Of a stretch of DNA of 64,000 nt, positions 27,082 through 36,660 are shown one piece after another. The notes beneath the pieces are model-generated. The model was given only the letters and a program-made list of their open reading frames with translations. It ran no database searches and was not told where the DNA came from. The DNA comes from a virus, in IMG/VR virus record IMGVR_UViG_3300023202_000205, positions 1 to 64,000 of that record; one strand, written 5' to 3'. How positions within the stretch are numbered: the stretch's first letter is position 1; every line of letters begins with the position of its first letter. Made by a program: the position numbers and the translations under genes.

Positions 27082-29052
27082 CTACACGACTTCCAAGGTC
27101 ACTGTAATGTCTATCTCGAGGAACTCCAGTCCTGCTGACAAAACAACCGTGATAGGTATATTTACCGTGTCGGCATTATTGGGGTCCTGCACAGGTGGGC
27201 TCAACGCGATACTGACAAGTACCGCCCCGAAATCCTCGATAAACGTCTCGGACTTGAGGAACTCACCGCCGGAGCTGGAGTTTACACGAATGGCGCTCAG
27301 CGTGTCGACCGTGACCTTCTTGCGCCCTTCAAAGCAGCTCAGGCGATCATTGAAGAAACGAGTGATAGCGTCCGCATTGGCAACGAGACCCTCAGTTCGA
27401 TCCTCTGTGGTACTCTGATCCGTAGTGTTGGCACGGAAAACTACGGCACTTCCGTCACAGTCCTCGATGACGAAGACACCGTATGCTGCAACCGACTCTA
27501 GCTCTCCCAGGAATTCAAAGGTCGACTGAGGTACCGCCCAGCCACTATCCAGCTGTACTCCTCGTAAGCTTTGATGAGGCATCGTGTACCCCCTCAAGCC
27601 AGCAACGGCTGCTGCGTAGAGAAAGCCCTCAACCGTCTCCCCGTTCCACGTCGGGTCCGGCGGGAAGATAACCGACGTATCACGGTCACCGAAGACTTGC
27701 GCTCGGGTCCCGTAATCGTCCGCCTGCTCCGCCACTGTCAGCGGATGATCTACCGAAGTAACCGTTGTAGCACCAGTAGCGGCTGTCGTCAGTACCACCT
27801 CCTGGTTACTAGTAACGCTGTCGATTGTTCGCTCACCAATATCCAGGGTTACGACATCACCTGCAATGGCGCCGTCAAATATGGGGTTGGTAGCCGTAAC
27901 AGTCAGGTCACCCCCACTCAGGGTAATAGCCTCGCTACCTGTGAAGAGGTTGGACTCTTCAGTCAGTATAAGGCTGATTACCGCCCGACTCGGGAGACCC
28001 AGGATCGCTCGAGCATCTACCGAAGAGAGGACTATCGCCTGAAGCGACGTATCAAGCGTCAAAGGGGCAATAGTGTACCAGTCGATCCGCCGTTGGATCC
28101 GACTCATCAGATCCGACCAGCCTGTACTGTCATTCGTAGCTACGGGAGATGCTAGAACAGCCGGAAGATCGGCTACCGGCGGGTCAGGCTGGGGAGCTAG
28201 AGCGCGGGCTACCGCGAATCCTAGACCGCTCTCTGGCTCCTCCCACCCGTCGAAGTAGGTATCCATTTGATCGAGATTGGTAATAGACAGAATGGTACCG
28301 ACGTTGTCCTGGCGAAGAGCCCTGTAATCAACAAACAACTCTGAATACGGATCTTCACCGCTCACGACGGGAACAGCGGTACCTGTGCGAGTCGTGGTTG
28401 TCGTAATACCAGAGTTCACCGAGATAGTCGACGTGCCGCTGGTGAAGTCAGAAGAGGGTAGCTCCAGTTCGGGGGTAATGATCTCATCAATGTTGACATT
28501 AAAGAAAGCACCGCCTGTCAGCGCAGCGGGTAAGCTGTCCGCGAGCACCAAGATGGTTGGGTTGCCGCCGCTGAACTTGATGTCTGTGATAGTCGACTCA
28601 AAAGCATCTGCTCCAGCACCGTCAGTGTCGAAGTAAACGTGGTCCCCCACCAGAACGTCGGTGATAACCGAGACACTCCGATTGGTGCCCGCCCAGATGG
28701 TATTACCAGAATCGTGGATTACTTCGTTGGGGGCAGTACCGTTCTGAACGCCGTTTGCCGCAGTAGGGCCTGCTAACGCCTCAGAGAAATATCGGGCAAG
28801 TGCAGAGGCGACGAATACGCGCGTTACAGACCCATCCACAACCTCGCCAGACAGGATTCCTGGCCACGCCGCTGTAACCCCACTTACTTCATCATAATCG
28901 CCAACGAAGTTGGTGTCGTCACTGAGGTCGTGTTTACGAGCTGCGTAATCTGGGCCAACAATCATCGTTCGAAGATTGTCGACCAGCTCGGACGGCATCT
29001 CATTGAAGTTCGCCAGTAGGCTGGCTCGACTAACCGGTTCACAGCGTGCCAT
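27082..29052 (-). CDS. Tail sheath protein
   Basis: 656 aa. C-terminal sheath-type segments YAAAVAGLRG..PHQSL and TEGLVANADAITRFF...NIPITVVL. Confidence 0.8.
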   Translation of the reverse strand: MARCEPVSRASLLANFNEMPSELVDNLRTMIVGPDYAARKHDLSDDTNFVGDYDEVSGVTAAWPGILSGEVVDGSVTRVFVASALARYFSEALAGPTAANGVQNGTAPNEVIHDSGNTIWAGTNRSVSVITDVLVGDHVYFDTDGAGADAFESTITDIKFSGGNPTILVLADSLPAALTGGAFFNVNIDEIITPELELPSSDFTSGTSTISVNSGITTTTTRTGTAVPVVSGEDPYSELFVDYRALRQDNVGTILSITNLDQMDTYFDGWEEPESGLGFAVARALAPQPDPPVADLPAVLASPVATNDSTGWSDLMSRIQRRIDWYTIAPLTLDTSLQAIVLSSVDARAILGLPSRAVISLILTEESNLFTGSEAITLSGGDLTVTATNPIFDGAIAGDVVTLDIGERTIDSVTSNQEVVLTTAATGATTVTSVDHPLTVAEQADDYGTRAQVFGDRDTSVIFPPDPTWNGETVEGFLYAAAVAGLRGYTMPHQSLRGVQLDSGWAVPQSTFEFLGELESVAAYGVFVIEDCDGSAVVFRANTTDQSTTEDRTEGLVANADAITRFFNDRLSCFEGRKKVTVDTLSAIRVNSSSGGEFLKSETFIEDFGAVLVSIALSPPVQDPNNADTVNIPITVVLSAGLEFLEIDITVTLEVV

Positions 29053-29055
29053 TCG

Positions 29056-29898
29056 TTACTCCAGACTGACTTGTTCCAGCTCAACGGTAGTGTCGGCCAG
29101 AACCCTCTTCAATGTTGGGGCGACTTCCTGGAGAGTCCAGCCGTACTCATAGCTGTAAACACTTTCAATAGCTACAGCTAGGTTATTGGCCAGGTCGTCG
29201 AGCAATCCAAGCTCGGACATCCCGCTCACCTGAAAGTCATGGAAAGGAAGCGCTCGCCGTACATTGGGACTGAGACAGTTGAGTATTGTAAAGACCTCGA
29301 AAGCCAGTGCTTCAGTAGACCCATCTGTCGAGCCAATACAGAGAACACGGTGAGAGCCCTGGATGAAACGGATGTAGTGAGGGAGCCCAACTAGGACGTC
29401 TCCCGTCTCCCCCAAGTCATCGATCACGACTCGCTGCATCTTCTGACGCCCCCGCTTGACCACCAGCGCGGGGGTTTGAACGCTCGCCCGATCGAAAGTC
29501 GTATTCATCACAATACGGATATTCGTCTCATCTGGATTGTCGTTATAGACGAAATCCTTGAGATTCGGATCGATGATCTTGTCAGGGTCACTGAAGTGGT
29601 TCTTCAGGATACGGATAAAGACCCTATCGACATTGAGTGGGCTCAGTCCCTGTGGGCAGATATCTGAGATATCCTGCCAGTCGAACTTCAGACCACCATC
29701 TGGGGTGCCCCCCTCTGTAACGATCGGATCGCCACACTCGTCGACCGTGCGAGGTAGGTCCGTTTGATCCCCATGCCCGTCTTCACAAGGGTCACTGCCC
29801 TCCGGGGAATCGCCTGTGAAGGGGTTGTCGCCATCGAGCGACTTACCGCCAGGGCGTACTCGAAGATCTTCCTCATTACCGTCATTGCGCTTGGGCAT
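29056..29898 (-). CDS. Tail completion/terminator protein
   Basis: FIRILKNHFS...PALVVKRG pattern, between the neck and sheath genes. Confidence 0.5.
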   Translation of the reverse strand: MPKRNDGNEEDLRVRPGGKSLDGDNPFTGDSPEGSDPCEDGHGDQTDLPRTVDECGDPIVTEGGTPDGGLKFDWQDISDICPQGLSPLNVDRVFIRILKNHFSDPDKIIDPNLKDFVYNDNPDETNIRIVMNTTFDRASVQTPALVVKRGRQKMQRVVIDDLGETGDVLVGLPHYIRFIQGSHRVLCIGSTDGSTEALAFEVFTILNCLSPNVRRALPFHDFQVSGMSELGLLDDLANNLAVAIESVYSYEYGWTLQEVAPTLKRVLADTTVELEQVSLE

Positions 29899-30113
29899 TA
29901 GAACCTCACACGACCTATGAGCCGAATACGCGAAGTAATCAGCTTCCTGGTATGGTCCCTGTTATTTTGCCCAGATTCCACCCGGTACAAAGGAGCCTTC
30001 TGCGGGACAGTCTCTTCCCGGGGCACCGGCTCCTTGGGGCCGTCCTGAGGCCCTTTAGAGCGTTTCTGTGGCCTTTTAAGCTGCTTTCGGAAGACAGGGC
30101 CCTCATCAGCCAT
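29898..30113 (-). CDS. Small basic hypothetical protein
   Basis: ATG 30113 overlaps the upstream stop, and its stop overlaps the next start. Confidence 0.5.
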   Translation of the reverse strand: MADEGPVFRKQLKRPQKRSKGPQDGPKEPVPREETVPQKAPLYRVESGQNNRDHTRKLITSRIRLIGRVRF

Positions 30114-30972
30114 TTCCAGCCTCACAAGGCAGAGGAACCTGGTAAATGGGCTCGCTACGGCTCCGCTCATCCAGCCGAAGCTGCAAGATCAGGTCGATCC
30201 CACGGTGCCGAGCGAGTGCCGTGATCTCAGAACTCACGATAAAGCGCTGATTGGTGTCTGCGTGCGCCCAGAAGTCCTTTTGCTGAGGGACCGGGTAGGC
30301 CAGTGCACGTACCGTTTCGAGATTCCTCGTGATAAGCCCCTGGGTGGCGTCCAACTTCTTGAGCTGCTGGGTAGGGTTCATAGTCACCCAATACTCGAAG
30401 GGTTCGTAGTAACCCCCTACGAACCCTGTCCCAAAACACTCCTCACAGTTGGGATCCATTACTTGTCGCGTCTCTGGGTCCGTACACGCACACCTGTCGC
30501 CAAAGGTACGACGCTTGAACAAGTACCCCTTGGTGCCTGTACGCTTGCGTTGAAGCATGGTCTCCTTACGGATGATATCCCGAGCCAGGGTCCAATCATA
30601 GCGACCCCAGTAACTGGTGCCGGCTGCCGCCTGGGACTCATAGGTACGCCCAAGCCCGTCCTCCAGGATTACCTTGTAGAAGATGTTCATTCCCTTGTCA
30701 GGGAGCCTGGGGTTCCTGTCAAATGCCCAGGGTTGGTCGATCACCTCGGCAACTGCTGTCCAATCGTCAGTACCGAGTTCAACCGTCTCGCCTCGATAGA
30801 GGGTGAACTTGTAAGGGCCTGGTTCAATAAACGACGACTCCAGCGCCCACTCGACCAATATCTGGTTGGTGACAATAGGGCTAAAGTGGAGGTCTACGGA
30901 GAGCCGCCGAAACACACGACGCACACCTGAGCGAGGATCAGCATCAGTCAAAATGTCCTCCTCTCCAGGCAC
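30106..30972 (-). CDS. Neck / head-tail connector protein with a Zn finger
   Basis: KRRTFGDRCACTD...DPNCEECFGTGFVGGY, typical of large-phage neck proteins. Confidence 0.7.
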   Translation of the reverse strand: MPGEEDILTDADPRSGVRRVFRRLSVDLHFSPIVTNQILVEWALESSFIEPGPYKFTLYRGETVELGTDDWTAVAEVIDQPWAFDRNPRLPDKGMNIFYKVILEDGLGRTYESQAAAGTSYWGRYDWTLARDIIRKETMLQRKRTGTKGYLFKRRTFGDRCACTDPETRQVMDPNCEECFGTGFVGGYYEPFEYWVTMNPTQQLKKLDATQGLITRNLETVRALAYPVPQQKDFWAHADTNQRFIVSSEITALARHRGIDLILQLRLDERSRSEPIYQVPLPCEAGNG

Positions 30973-31654
30973 CTACGGCGCCTGATGTAATGCCTGGCAC
31001 CAGCGACGTCCCAAGGTACGTCAGATAAGCTGCCCCTAAACGACGTCTACCAGGCCACTTCGTCTTTTCGTCTTCAGATAGCGCCTTATCGGCTCTTCGA
31101 CTGGCTTCGTATTCTTGATGCAGCATCGGATACCCAGCAGCCAGCCCGGCTAACGTGCCGAGACCCGCACCAGCGTAAGGGCCGAACTTGCGACCACCGT
31201 AGTAACCAGCTAGTCCGCTGGCAACAGGCCCGAGAAACCTGCTAACCGCGTAAGGCCAAGACCAGCGCTTATTCTCTTGAATGTCTGATGCGTGTCCCGC
31301 CTCATGAGCAAAGACAGCAGGGTTAGATTGTTGACCAGTGACGATCAACCCATGCTTACGCGCCTTGCTGGCTTCTCGGGGTTTAAGCCCCTCGAGCATT
31401 TTACCCTCAATGGCGCTGTCTATCTCTTGTGGTGAGATGAACGCGCTATTCTCCCCCGAACCGCCAGTCACGAAGATCGGAGTATCCTTGTGTGCGCGTA
31501 TCTTCTTGAGCATCTGACGCCGCTTCCGAGCGGTAAGCGGTTTCTGCCCAGAAATATCTGACACCGCGTAATTGCCTAGCTGCCGGTTGACGAGCAACTC
31601 GTAGAGCAGCTCGGTACCCCAGATAGCGCCGATAGCGGGAAGGTCCAGCGCCAC
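30944..31654 (-). CDS. Membrane-associated zinc metallopeptidase (HExxH) with a glycine zipper
   Basis: FAHEAGH...EYEASRRA...GAAYLTYL resembles the putative neutral zinc metallopeptidase family. Confidence 0.7.
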   Translation of the reverse strand: MALDLPAIGAIWGTELLYELLVNRQLGNYAVSDISGQKPLTARKRRQMLKKIRAHKDTPIFVTGGSGENSAFISPQEIDSAIEGKMLEGLKPREASKARKHGLIVTGQQSNPAVFAHEAGHASDIQENKRWSWPYAVSRFLGPVASGLAGYYGGRKFGPYAGAGLGTLAGLAAGYPMLHQEYEASRRADKALSEDEKTKWPGRRRLGAAYLTYLGTSLVPGITSGAVGAWRGGHFD

Positions 31655-31657
31655 GGG

Positions 31658-32569
31658 TTAAATCCCCGTAGCCCAGGTACTATTCATATTGATACGGTAC
31701 TTCTCGGTCCTCATCCATTCCATGAAGCGATCGATTTTTTCACGCCCCGCTCTATGGTACTCGTCAGCTTTGGACTGGTCGTCGATCGCGACGCCGCCTG
31801 CTTGATAAGCCAAGCGGTTCTTCCGGTATCGTTGAGCCGACATAAGCAAAAGATGGCCAACGGTCGCTTCCAACCACCAATATCGATAGGGAAACGTAGC
31901 CGGAGTGAACTGGCTCAGGGGAGGTGGGGTCTCGTTCCACAACTGAACCACCCGTCGCTGCGCAAACACCAGGTCGATATCCTGAAACTCGGTATCATCG
32001 AGTAGGTTACTAAAGGGCGCTCCATCATTTTGGTTGTCGACGTCAAGCATCGCCAACCGGATCTCTGGAATCAACAAGGGCCCACGGGTATTGGTATTCA
32101 GTAAGCCTAAGGAAGTAGGTTCGACAGCCAACAGAACAGGCCACGTATCAATACGCCACCCGTCATTCTGAGAAGGCTGTTCCCCGTTCGGGATATACCG
32201 CTCGACGTAAACCTCGTAGATGCCTGCCATAGGGACATCTTCCGTTCGCAGCTGAAACTCGGCAAAGCCACGATGCTCGATTTGATCGAGAATTTTGCCG
32301 TCCACGTTCAGGTTAACGGGTCCTCCAAAGTCGGAGGCCGTCTGCTGGGTTCGCAAGCGCACCTGTACGTTAGATCCCTCAGCCTGCCGTTGAGGACTCC
32401 AATCGGGGATCTCTGCGGGCGGGTTGGGTACCTCGTTCAACAAGTCGACGGGGGTACCACGATCGTCCGTCAATTTGAAGACAACAAGCTTGCGCGCCCC
32501 CTGCGTTATGCGGACCAGTTTGATCATGCCGGGGTCGAATGCTGGGGATACCTCGATGGGGGAGATCAT
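31658..32569 (-). CDS. Head-tail adaptor / neck protein
   Basis: EIRLAMLD...NLLDDTEF...RNETPP-type segment (QLWNETPP), YQAGGVAIDDQSK. Confidence 0.6.
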   Translation of the reverse strand: MISPIEVSPAFDPGMIKLVRITQGARKLVVFKLTDDRGTPVDLLNEVPNPPAEIPDWSPQRQAEGSNVQVRLRTQQTASDFGGPVNLNVDGKILDQIEHRGFAEFQLRTEDVPMAGIYEVYVERYIPNGEQPSQNDGWRIDTWPVLLAVEPTSLGLLNTNTRGPLLIPEIRLAMLDVDNQNDGAPFSNLLDDTEFQDIDLVFAQRRVVQLWNETPPPLSQFTPATFPYRYWWLEATVGHLLLMSAQRYRKNRLAYQAGGVAIDDQSKADEYHRAGREKIDRFMEWMRTEKYRINMNSTWATGI

Positions 32570-34425
32570 ATCTGGCCCCCTCCGATTGCCCGAGAACCAA
32601 GCGTACGCGCCCGGGGGCGGTACTGTTGGGAACCCTGCAACTGACGCGTGTTACGGCGTCCCATCGCCCGCCCCTGTGCCTTACGGATAAGGCCTTGTAG
32701 ATCTTTTGGGCTAATCGGGCGAGAGTGCTGCCCACTACTATAGTCGCGCCCAGGTTGGAACACCGCTGGCGTACCCAGATAAGGTTTCCTACGTAAGTGA
32801 GGGGGGAGCGCTCCATACCTGTTTTGTGGGAAGCGACTGGTCACTTGGCGGAGGTGTTTATCGCGAAGACCACCGCGATGCCCAGTCACGTTGAAGAACT
32901 GAGCTCCTAACTTGTTTTGAGGCTGAGTAACTGTTGTCTTCGTTTTCGGCTGCTTCGGAGGCACCTTCGCAGCTGGCGAAGTACCTGGCGCGGTTGTGGG
33001 AGCCGATTGCGACTGAGGAGGCCTCACCGCTTCTTCAGTCGTCGGTGGCACATCACGAACCTGCTCAGGGGCTATCGGAGATGGGGGCGTCTTCGCAGCT
33101 GGCTGTTGTGCGCCCCCTATCTGTTGACGTGCCTGATTGTAAAGGTCCGTATAGTTGATTCCCTTTTGGAATCCACGGTCCTGCAACATCTGGCCAGCGA
33201 CCACATGTGCGTCCATCTTCTCACGGAAGTTGGGGTCCTGCTGCTCCATCTGAGCTACCCGGTTCTGAAACCATTCTGGGGGCTCCTCCCCCGTAGTTTG
33301 ATAGGAGCGGCGTAGTGAGGCCAGGTAACGGGGATCGTTGAGCCTCCGCTCTCTGCGAGCATCTCGTGCGTCGTAAGCAGCGGCCCGCTCTGGGTTGGCT
33401 TGTCGCCACAGGTCGATGCTCGACATTCGCTGCAACCCCTGCTCAGAGAGCGCGTGAGGCCGGCCTTGTCGGTCAAAGTACACCGGCCCCCCAGCTGCTG
33501 CCATAGCATCGTCAAGCCGAGTTAAGCCCAGACGCTGAGCGGCCTCCGAAGGACCTCCTAACTCCGCAGCCAACTGCTGTCGCCGGTTCTGCGCCCACTG
33601 AGCACGCCCCTCAGGATCCCTCGGAACTCCCGTTCCCGCACTCATCTCACGAATTAGTTGGCGCTCAATGTCCTGTTGCGCCTCAGCAGAGGCCTCCAAG
33701 TGAGGGACTCGAGTCAGACGCTTACCAGGCTCTCCAGTTTGAGACCATTTGAAGGTACGCCCCTCGGGGTCGATGTAGTAGTAGTTCCCAAAACGGTCGC
33801 GAGCGTTCAGGTTTTGATTGGGAATTGCGTCATACCCCGTGAACTGCGGCAACTCCTGCAGTGGAGCTGTTTCCAGGACCTCTCGGGCCATGTCCCGTGT
33901 TGCTTCCCTTTCTGGCCCCAGCACATCGTCGTCGACTGGAGGGGGTCTACGTACAGTGCGTTCCTGAACCCTCTTCATAGAGTCTTCAGCCGTAGAGGCA
34001 CTCGCCTCCTCGGGGGGAGGTTGTCCCACACTAGCTGCAGCCGCCTCCTCGGTAGCCGAAGGAGGAGTGGCCCCAGGGGACTCACTTTGCTCGGGGTCCT
34101 CAGCAGCCTCTTGTGTCACAGCTCCCATGGCTCCAGGGAGTGCCTGCGTAAGCTCGTCTGCTACTGGTAACTGCTGAATGCGCTCAGACATCCGAGACCG
34201 GATAGCGGGGTCCATAGCCGTAAAGCGACGCTTGGCCAACTCATCTATCCGAGGAGCCAGCTCAGGGTCCATCTGCCCAATCATATTGGGCAGACTACCT
34301 GCGAACTGCTGAAACTGCTTAGCAAGATCCTCATCTGGAGTGAGCGGAGCACCCTGGGCGTCAAAACCAATCAGATTGTTGACGAGCCAGGGTACTTCCG
34401 CAGCCAGCTTACCGAGTCGTCCCAT
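32566..34425 (-). CDS. Low-complexity Q/P/A-rich probable internal head protein
   Basis: 619 aa starting MGRLGKLAA. Confidence 0.55.
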   Translation of the reverse strand: MGRLGKLAAEVPWLVNNLIGFDAQGAPLTPDEDLAKQFQQFAGSLPNMIGQMDPELAPRIDELAKRRFTAMDPAIRSRMSERIQQLPVADELTQALPGAMGAVTQEAAEDPEQSESPGATPPSATEEAAAASVGQPPPEEASASTAEDSMKRVQERTVRRPPPVDDDVLGPEREATRDMAREVLETAPLQELPQFTGYDAIPNQNLNARDRFGNYYYIDPEGRTFKWSQTGEPGKRLTRVPHLEASAEAQQDIERQLIREMSAGTGVPRDPEGRAQWAQNRRQQLAAELGGPSEAAQRLGLTRLDDAMAAAGGPVYFDRQGRPHALSEQGLQRMSSIDLWRQANPERAAAYDARDARRERRLNDPRYLASLRRSYQTTGEEPPEWFQNRVAQMEQQDPNFREKMDAHVVAGQMLQDRGFQKGINYTDLYNQARQQIGGAQQPAAKTPPSPIAPEQVRDVPPTTEEAVRPPQSQSAPTTAPGTSPAAKVPPKQPKTKTTVTQPQNKLGAQFFNVTGHRGGLRDKHLRQVTSRFPQNRYGALPPHLRRKPYLGTPAVFQPGRDYSSGQHSRPISPKDLQGLIRKAQGRAMGRRNTRQLQGSQQYRPRARTLGSRAIGGGQI

Positions 34426-34426
34426 A

Positions 34427-35467
34427 TTACACCGAGGTGATTGTGTCGTCAGCGAAGGTGATCGACTGTTCGGTAGCGCGGGCGGCTCCTAGGGCGTTTC
34501 CTATAGTAGTTGTGATGACGTCTTGCCAGTCAGCACCGGCGTCAGTGGCGAACTTGGTATCGACGGTACTCGTAAAGGTTACACAGATCGTCGCCCCATC
34601 GACAATGGTCTCAGTAGCCCCTGTAATGGTCAATCCGTCTGGGTTGCCAACCGTTACCCCGTAGGTGCCCCCAGTAAAGACCGTTAGAGGACCATACTTC
34701 TTGGCCAACTCCTGGTCGACTGGGTTGAGGGATACCTCCAAGCACGCCTCCACAGCATTCCCACAGACCACCAACTCCTTTTCAGTTACAAAACTGAGGG
34801 GGAAGGAGCTGGTGGGGAGGCCATCAGTCGAGTTGTTATCGATATCGTTGAGCGTGAAGTCGCCAACAAGGCCACTTGGCCAGCTGTGTAGGTTGCCCGT
34901 CGCTGAGTCGTAGATGACATCCACCGTGTCGCTGAAAAGCGCATTGGTGCCCGTATCAAGCGTCAGCTCGGTCTGATCATCGTTAAGCGAGGCAGTAGCA
35001 GACGATAGGTCGATAGCTACGTCATTGATCTCAACGGTGAACCCCGCCACCAGGTCCCCGTCGGTCGAACCAACCGGCTCTCCGAAGAAGATCGTAACGG
35101 TATCGTTGTTACCGTCGTTAGCCCACTCTGCACGCCGGACCAGAGATACCGAGAAATACTCGACGGCTACCTCTCCAGTAAAGCTGTTCGCCGCATCTCC
35201 AGACCCGGCTTCCTGGACCTGACTGGGATCTGCACCCGGATCAGTGTAATCGACCGTCAGAGTCTCTGCAGCCCCAACGGGGGAAACCAGCGTACCTATG
35301 ACAGCATTATCGTCGATTGAGCTGAACGAGGGCGTGATAACCGAGGGACCAGGAGTGATGGTGAAGGTGAACGCGTCCAAATCCGCTACATTCTGGACCG
35401 CCCTATCAAAAATGATGTAGAGCGTCGTACCATCATGCTGGACCGACTGAATGGTGGGCGCAGTCAT
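34427..35467 (-). CDS. Virion surface protein with two SwmB/cadherin-like beta domains
   Basis: TIQSVQHDGTTLYIIFDRAV...TLTVDYTDP and TVTIFFGEPV...VDVIYD repeats. Thr/Asp-rich. Confidence 0.6.
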   Translation of the reverse strand: MTAPTIQSVQHDGTTLYIIFDRAVQNVADLDAFTFTITPGPSVITPSFSSIDDNAVIGTLVSPVGAAETLTVDYTDPGADPSQVQEAGSGDAANSFTGEVAVEYFSVSLVRRAEWANDGNNDTVTIFFGEPVGSTDGDLVAGFTVEINDVAIDLSSATASLNDDQTELTLDTGTNALFSDTVDVIYDSATGNLHSWPSGLVGDFTLNDIDNNSTDGLPTSSFPLSFVTEKELVVCGNAVEACLEVSLNPVDQELAKKYGPLTVFTGGTYGVTVGNPDGLTITGATETIVDGATICVTFTSTVDTKFATDAGADWQDVITTTIGNALGAARATEQSITFADDTITSV

Positions 35468-35476
35468 TGACGGCTC

Positions 35477-35647
35477 CTACTTGTTGCTCTTGCGAGAGTG
35501 CTTTTGGAACAGCTTGCACAGCTTGATCAGGTCGGAATCTTCCAACCAACGGCGGACGGCAACCTTACGAAAGGCGGCGGTCTTTGAGAGCTGATGATCA
35601 GCGTGCTTGGCTAATCCGCGAGCGATTGCCGCATGGGTGACTTTCAT
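35477..35647 (-). CDS. 56-aa basic protein with three K-x-A motifs (below the ORF-track cutoff)
   Basis: MKVTHAAIARGLAKHADHQLSKTAAFRKVAVRRWLEDSDLIKLCKLFQKHSRKSNK*. Has a GGTGG SD-like leader and fills the gap. Confidence 0.7.
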   Translation of the reverse strand: MKVTHAAIARGLAKHADHQLSKTAAFRKVAVRRWLEDSDLIKLCKLFQKHSRKSNK

Positions 35648-35683
35648 AGCCACCAGCTTACTGGGGGCGCCCTCTACCGCAAT

Positions 35684-36508
35684 CTACTTGAGGTCAGCCC
35701 GGACCCTTACTCGCTTACGCCGACGAGGTTTCTCGTCCGATACCTCTTCCTTTTCCTCTTTCGGCTCGGTAGACGACGGCTCAAGAGCGCCCAAATCACC
35801 GAGGTCAGCCTCGATCGTCTCCTCCAGCTCATCCCCGTCACCTAAGTTACCAAGATCGACTACCTGCTCCCCCTCGTCTTCATCTACCAGGCTGCCAAGA
35901 TTGGCGGAAATATCCTCTGTCTCCGGCTCTTCGATAGAGTTCCTCTCCAGAGCAGAGAGTCGAGTCTCGACTGTCGCAGGGGTCATCTCGGCAGCCAACT
36001 GCTCATCTAGCGTGAGCTCCTTCTCAGCAGCTGGAGCCTTTCCCTGCTCCATAGAGGCGTATTCTGACGACTCCACGGTGATGTCTGGGTAGATAGCCTC
36101 CGGCTCTTCGATCGTTGCCTTCTCAGGCTCCTTCGGCTTCGGAGCCTCCTTCTTGGTCGTGACCTCTTCCTTCTTGGTACGCCCGAGCTGGCTCTCCACA
36201 CCAGGGAGCGTTTTCTCAGGGGTAGTCTGGGCATCAGGGACTGATGGCGTGGGAGCAATAGTCGCCTGCTCTGTTTGTGTCCGCGCAGACACTTTTTGAC
36301 GGCTCTTAGATCCCTTTACGAACTCGACGTCAAAAACCCCTGCCTGCATGAGGCGGCGTACGCGGATACTTCCTAGTTTGCTCCGTATATCACCCTGGAT
36401 CGCGTAAGTACCCTTGGGGAGCACTGCCCGACGGAGTGGCATGATCTTAACGGGCTGGTTGACCGTGATTACAGAGTGATCAAAGCGTTTATCGACTTTA
36501 CCGAACAT
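35684..36508 (-). CDS. Hypothetical protein with a long acidic/charged tail
   Basis: 274-aa ORF with SD GGGAG. Confidence 0.65.
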   Translation of the reverse strand: MFGKVDKRFDHSVITVNQPVKIMPLRRAVLPKGTYAIQGDIRSKLGSIRVRRLMQAGVFDVEFVKGSKSRQKVSARTQTEQATIAPTPSVPDAQTTPEKTLPGVESQLGRTKKEEVTTKKEAPKPKEPEKATIEEPEAIYPDITVESSEYASMEQGKAPAAEKELTLDEQLAAEMTPATVETRLSALERNSIEEPETEDISANLGSLVDEDEGEQVVDLGNLGDGDELEETIEADLGDLGALEPSSTEPKEEKEEVSDEKPRRRKRVRVRADLK

Positions 36509-36554
36509 ACGTGCTCCCTACTGTCACAGATACCAAGCCTCTGAGCGGGCATAT

Positions 36555-36585
36555 AAGAACGCCAGCTACGGTAGCTGGCGTTCTT
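36555..36585. terminator. Perfect 15-bp inverted repeat (terminator or operator)
   Basis: aagaacgccagctac-g-gtagctggcgttctt in an intergenic gap. Confidence 0.5.
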
Positions 36586-36660
36586 GCAGATTCAAGCAAT
36601 ATGCATAGTGGAGGCGTCGAAAACTACCTGTCTGAGCTGCCGTAAGACGGCCGAGGTGTA

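Noticed and set aside
12424-32569. Interpretation as a bacterial eCIS/T6SS/tailocin locus
   Set aside because: The same run encodes neck proteins, a capsid, scaffold, prohead protease and RNAP, so it is a phage.
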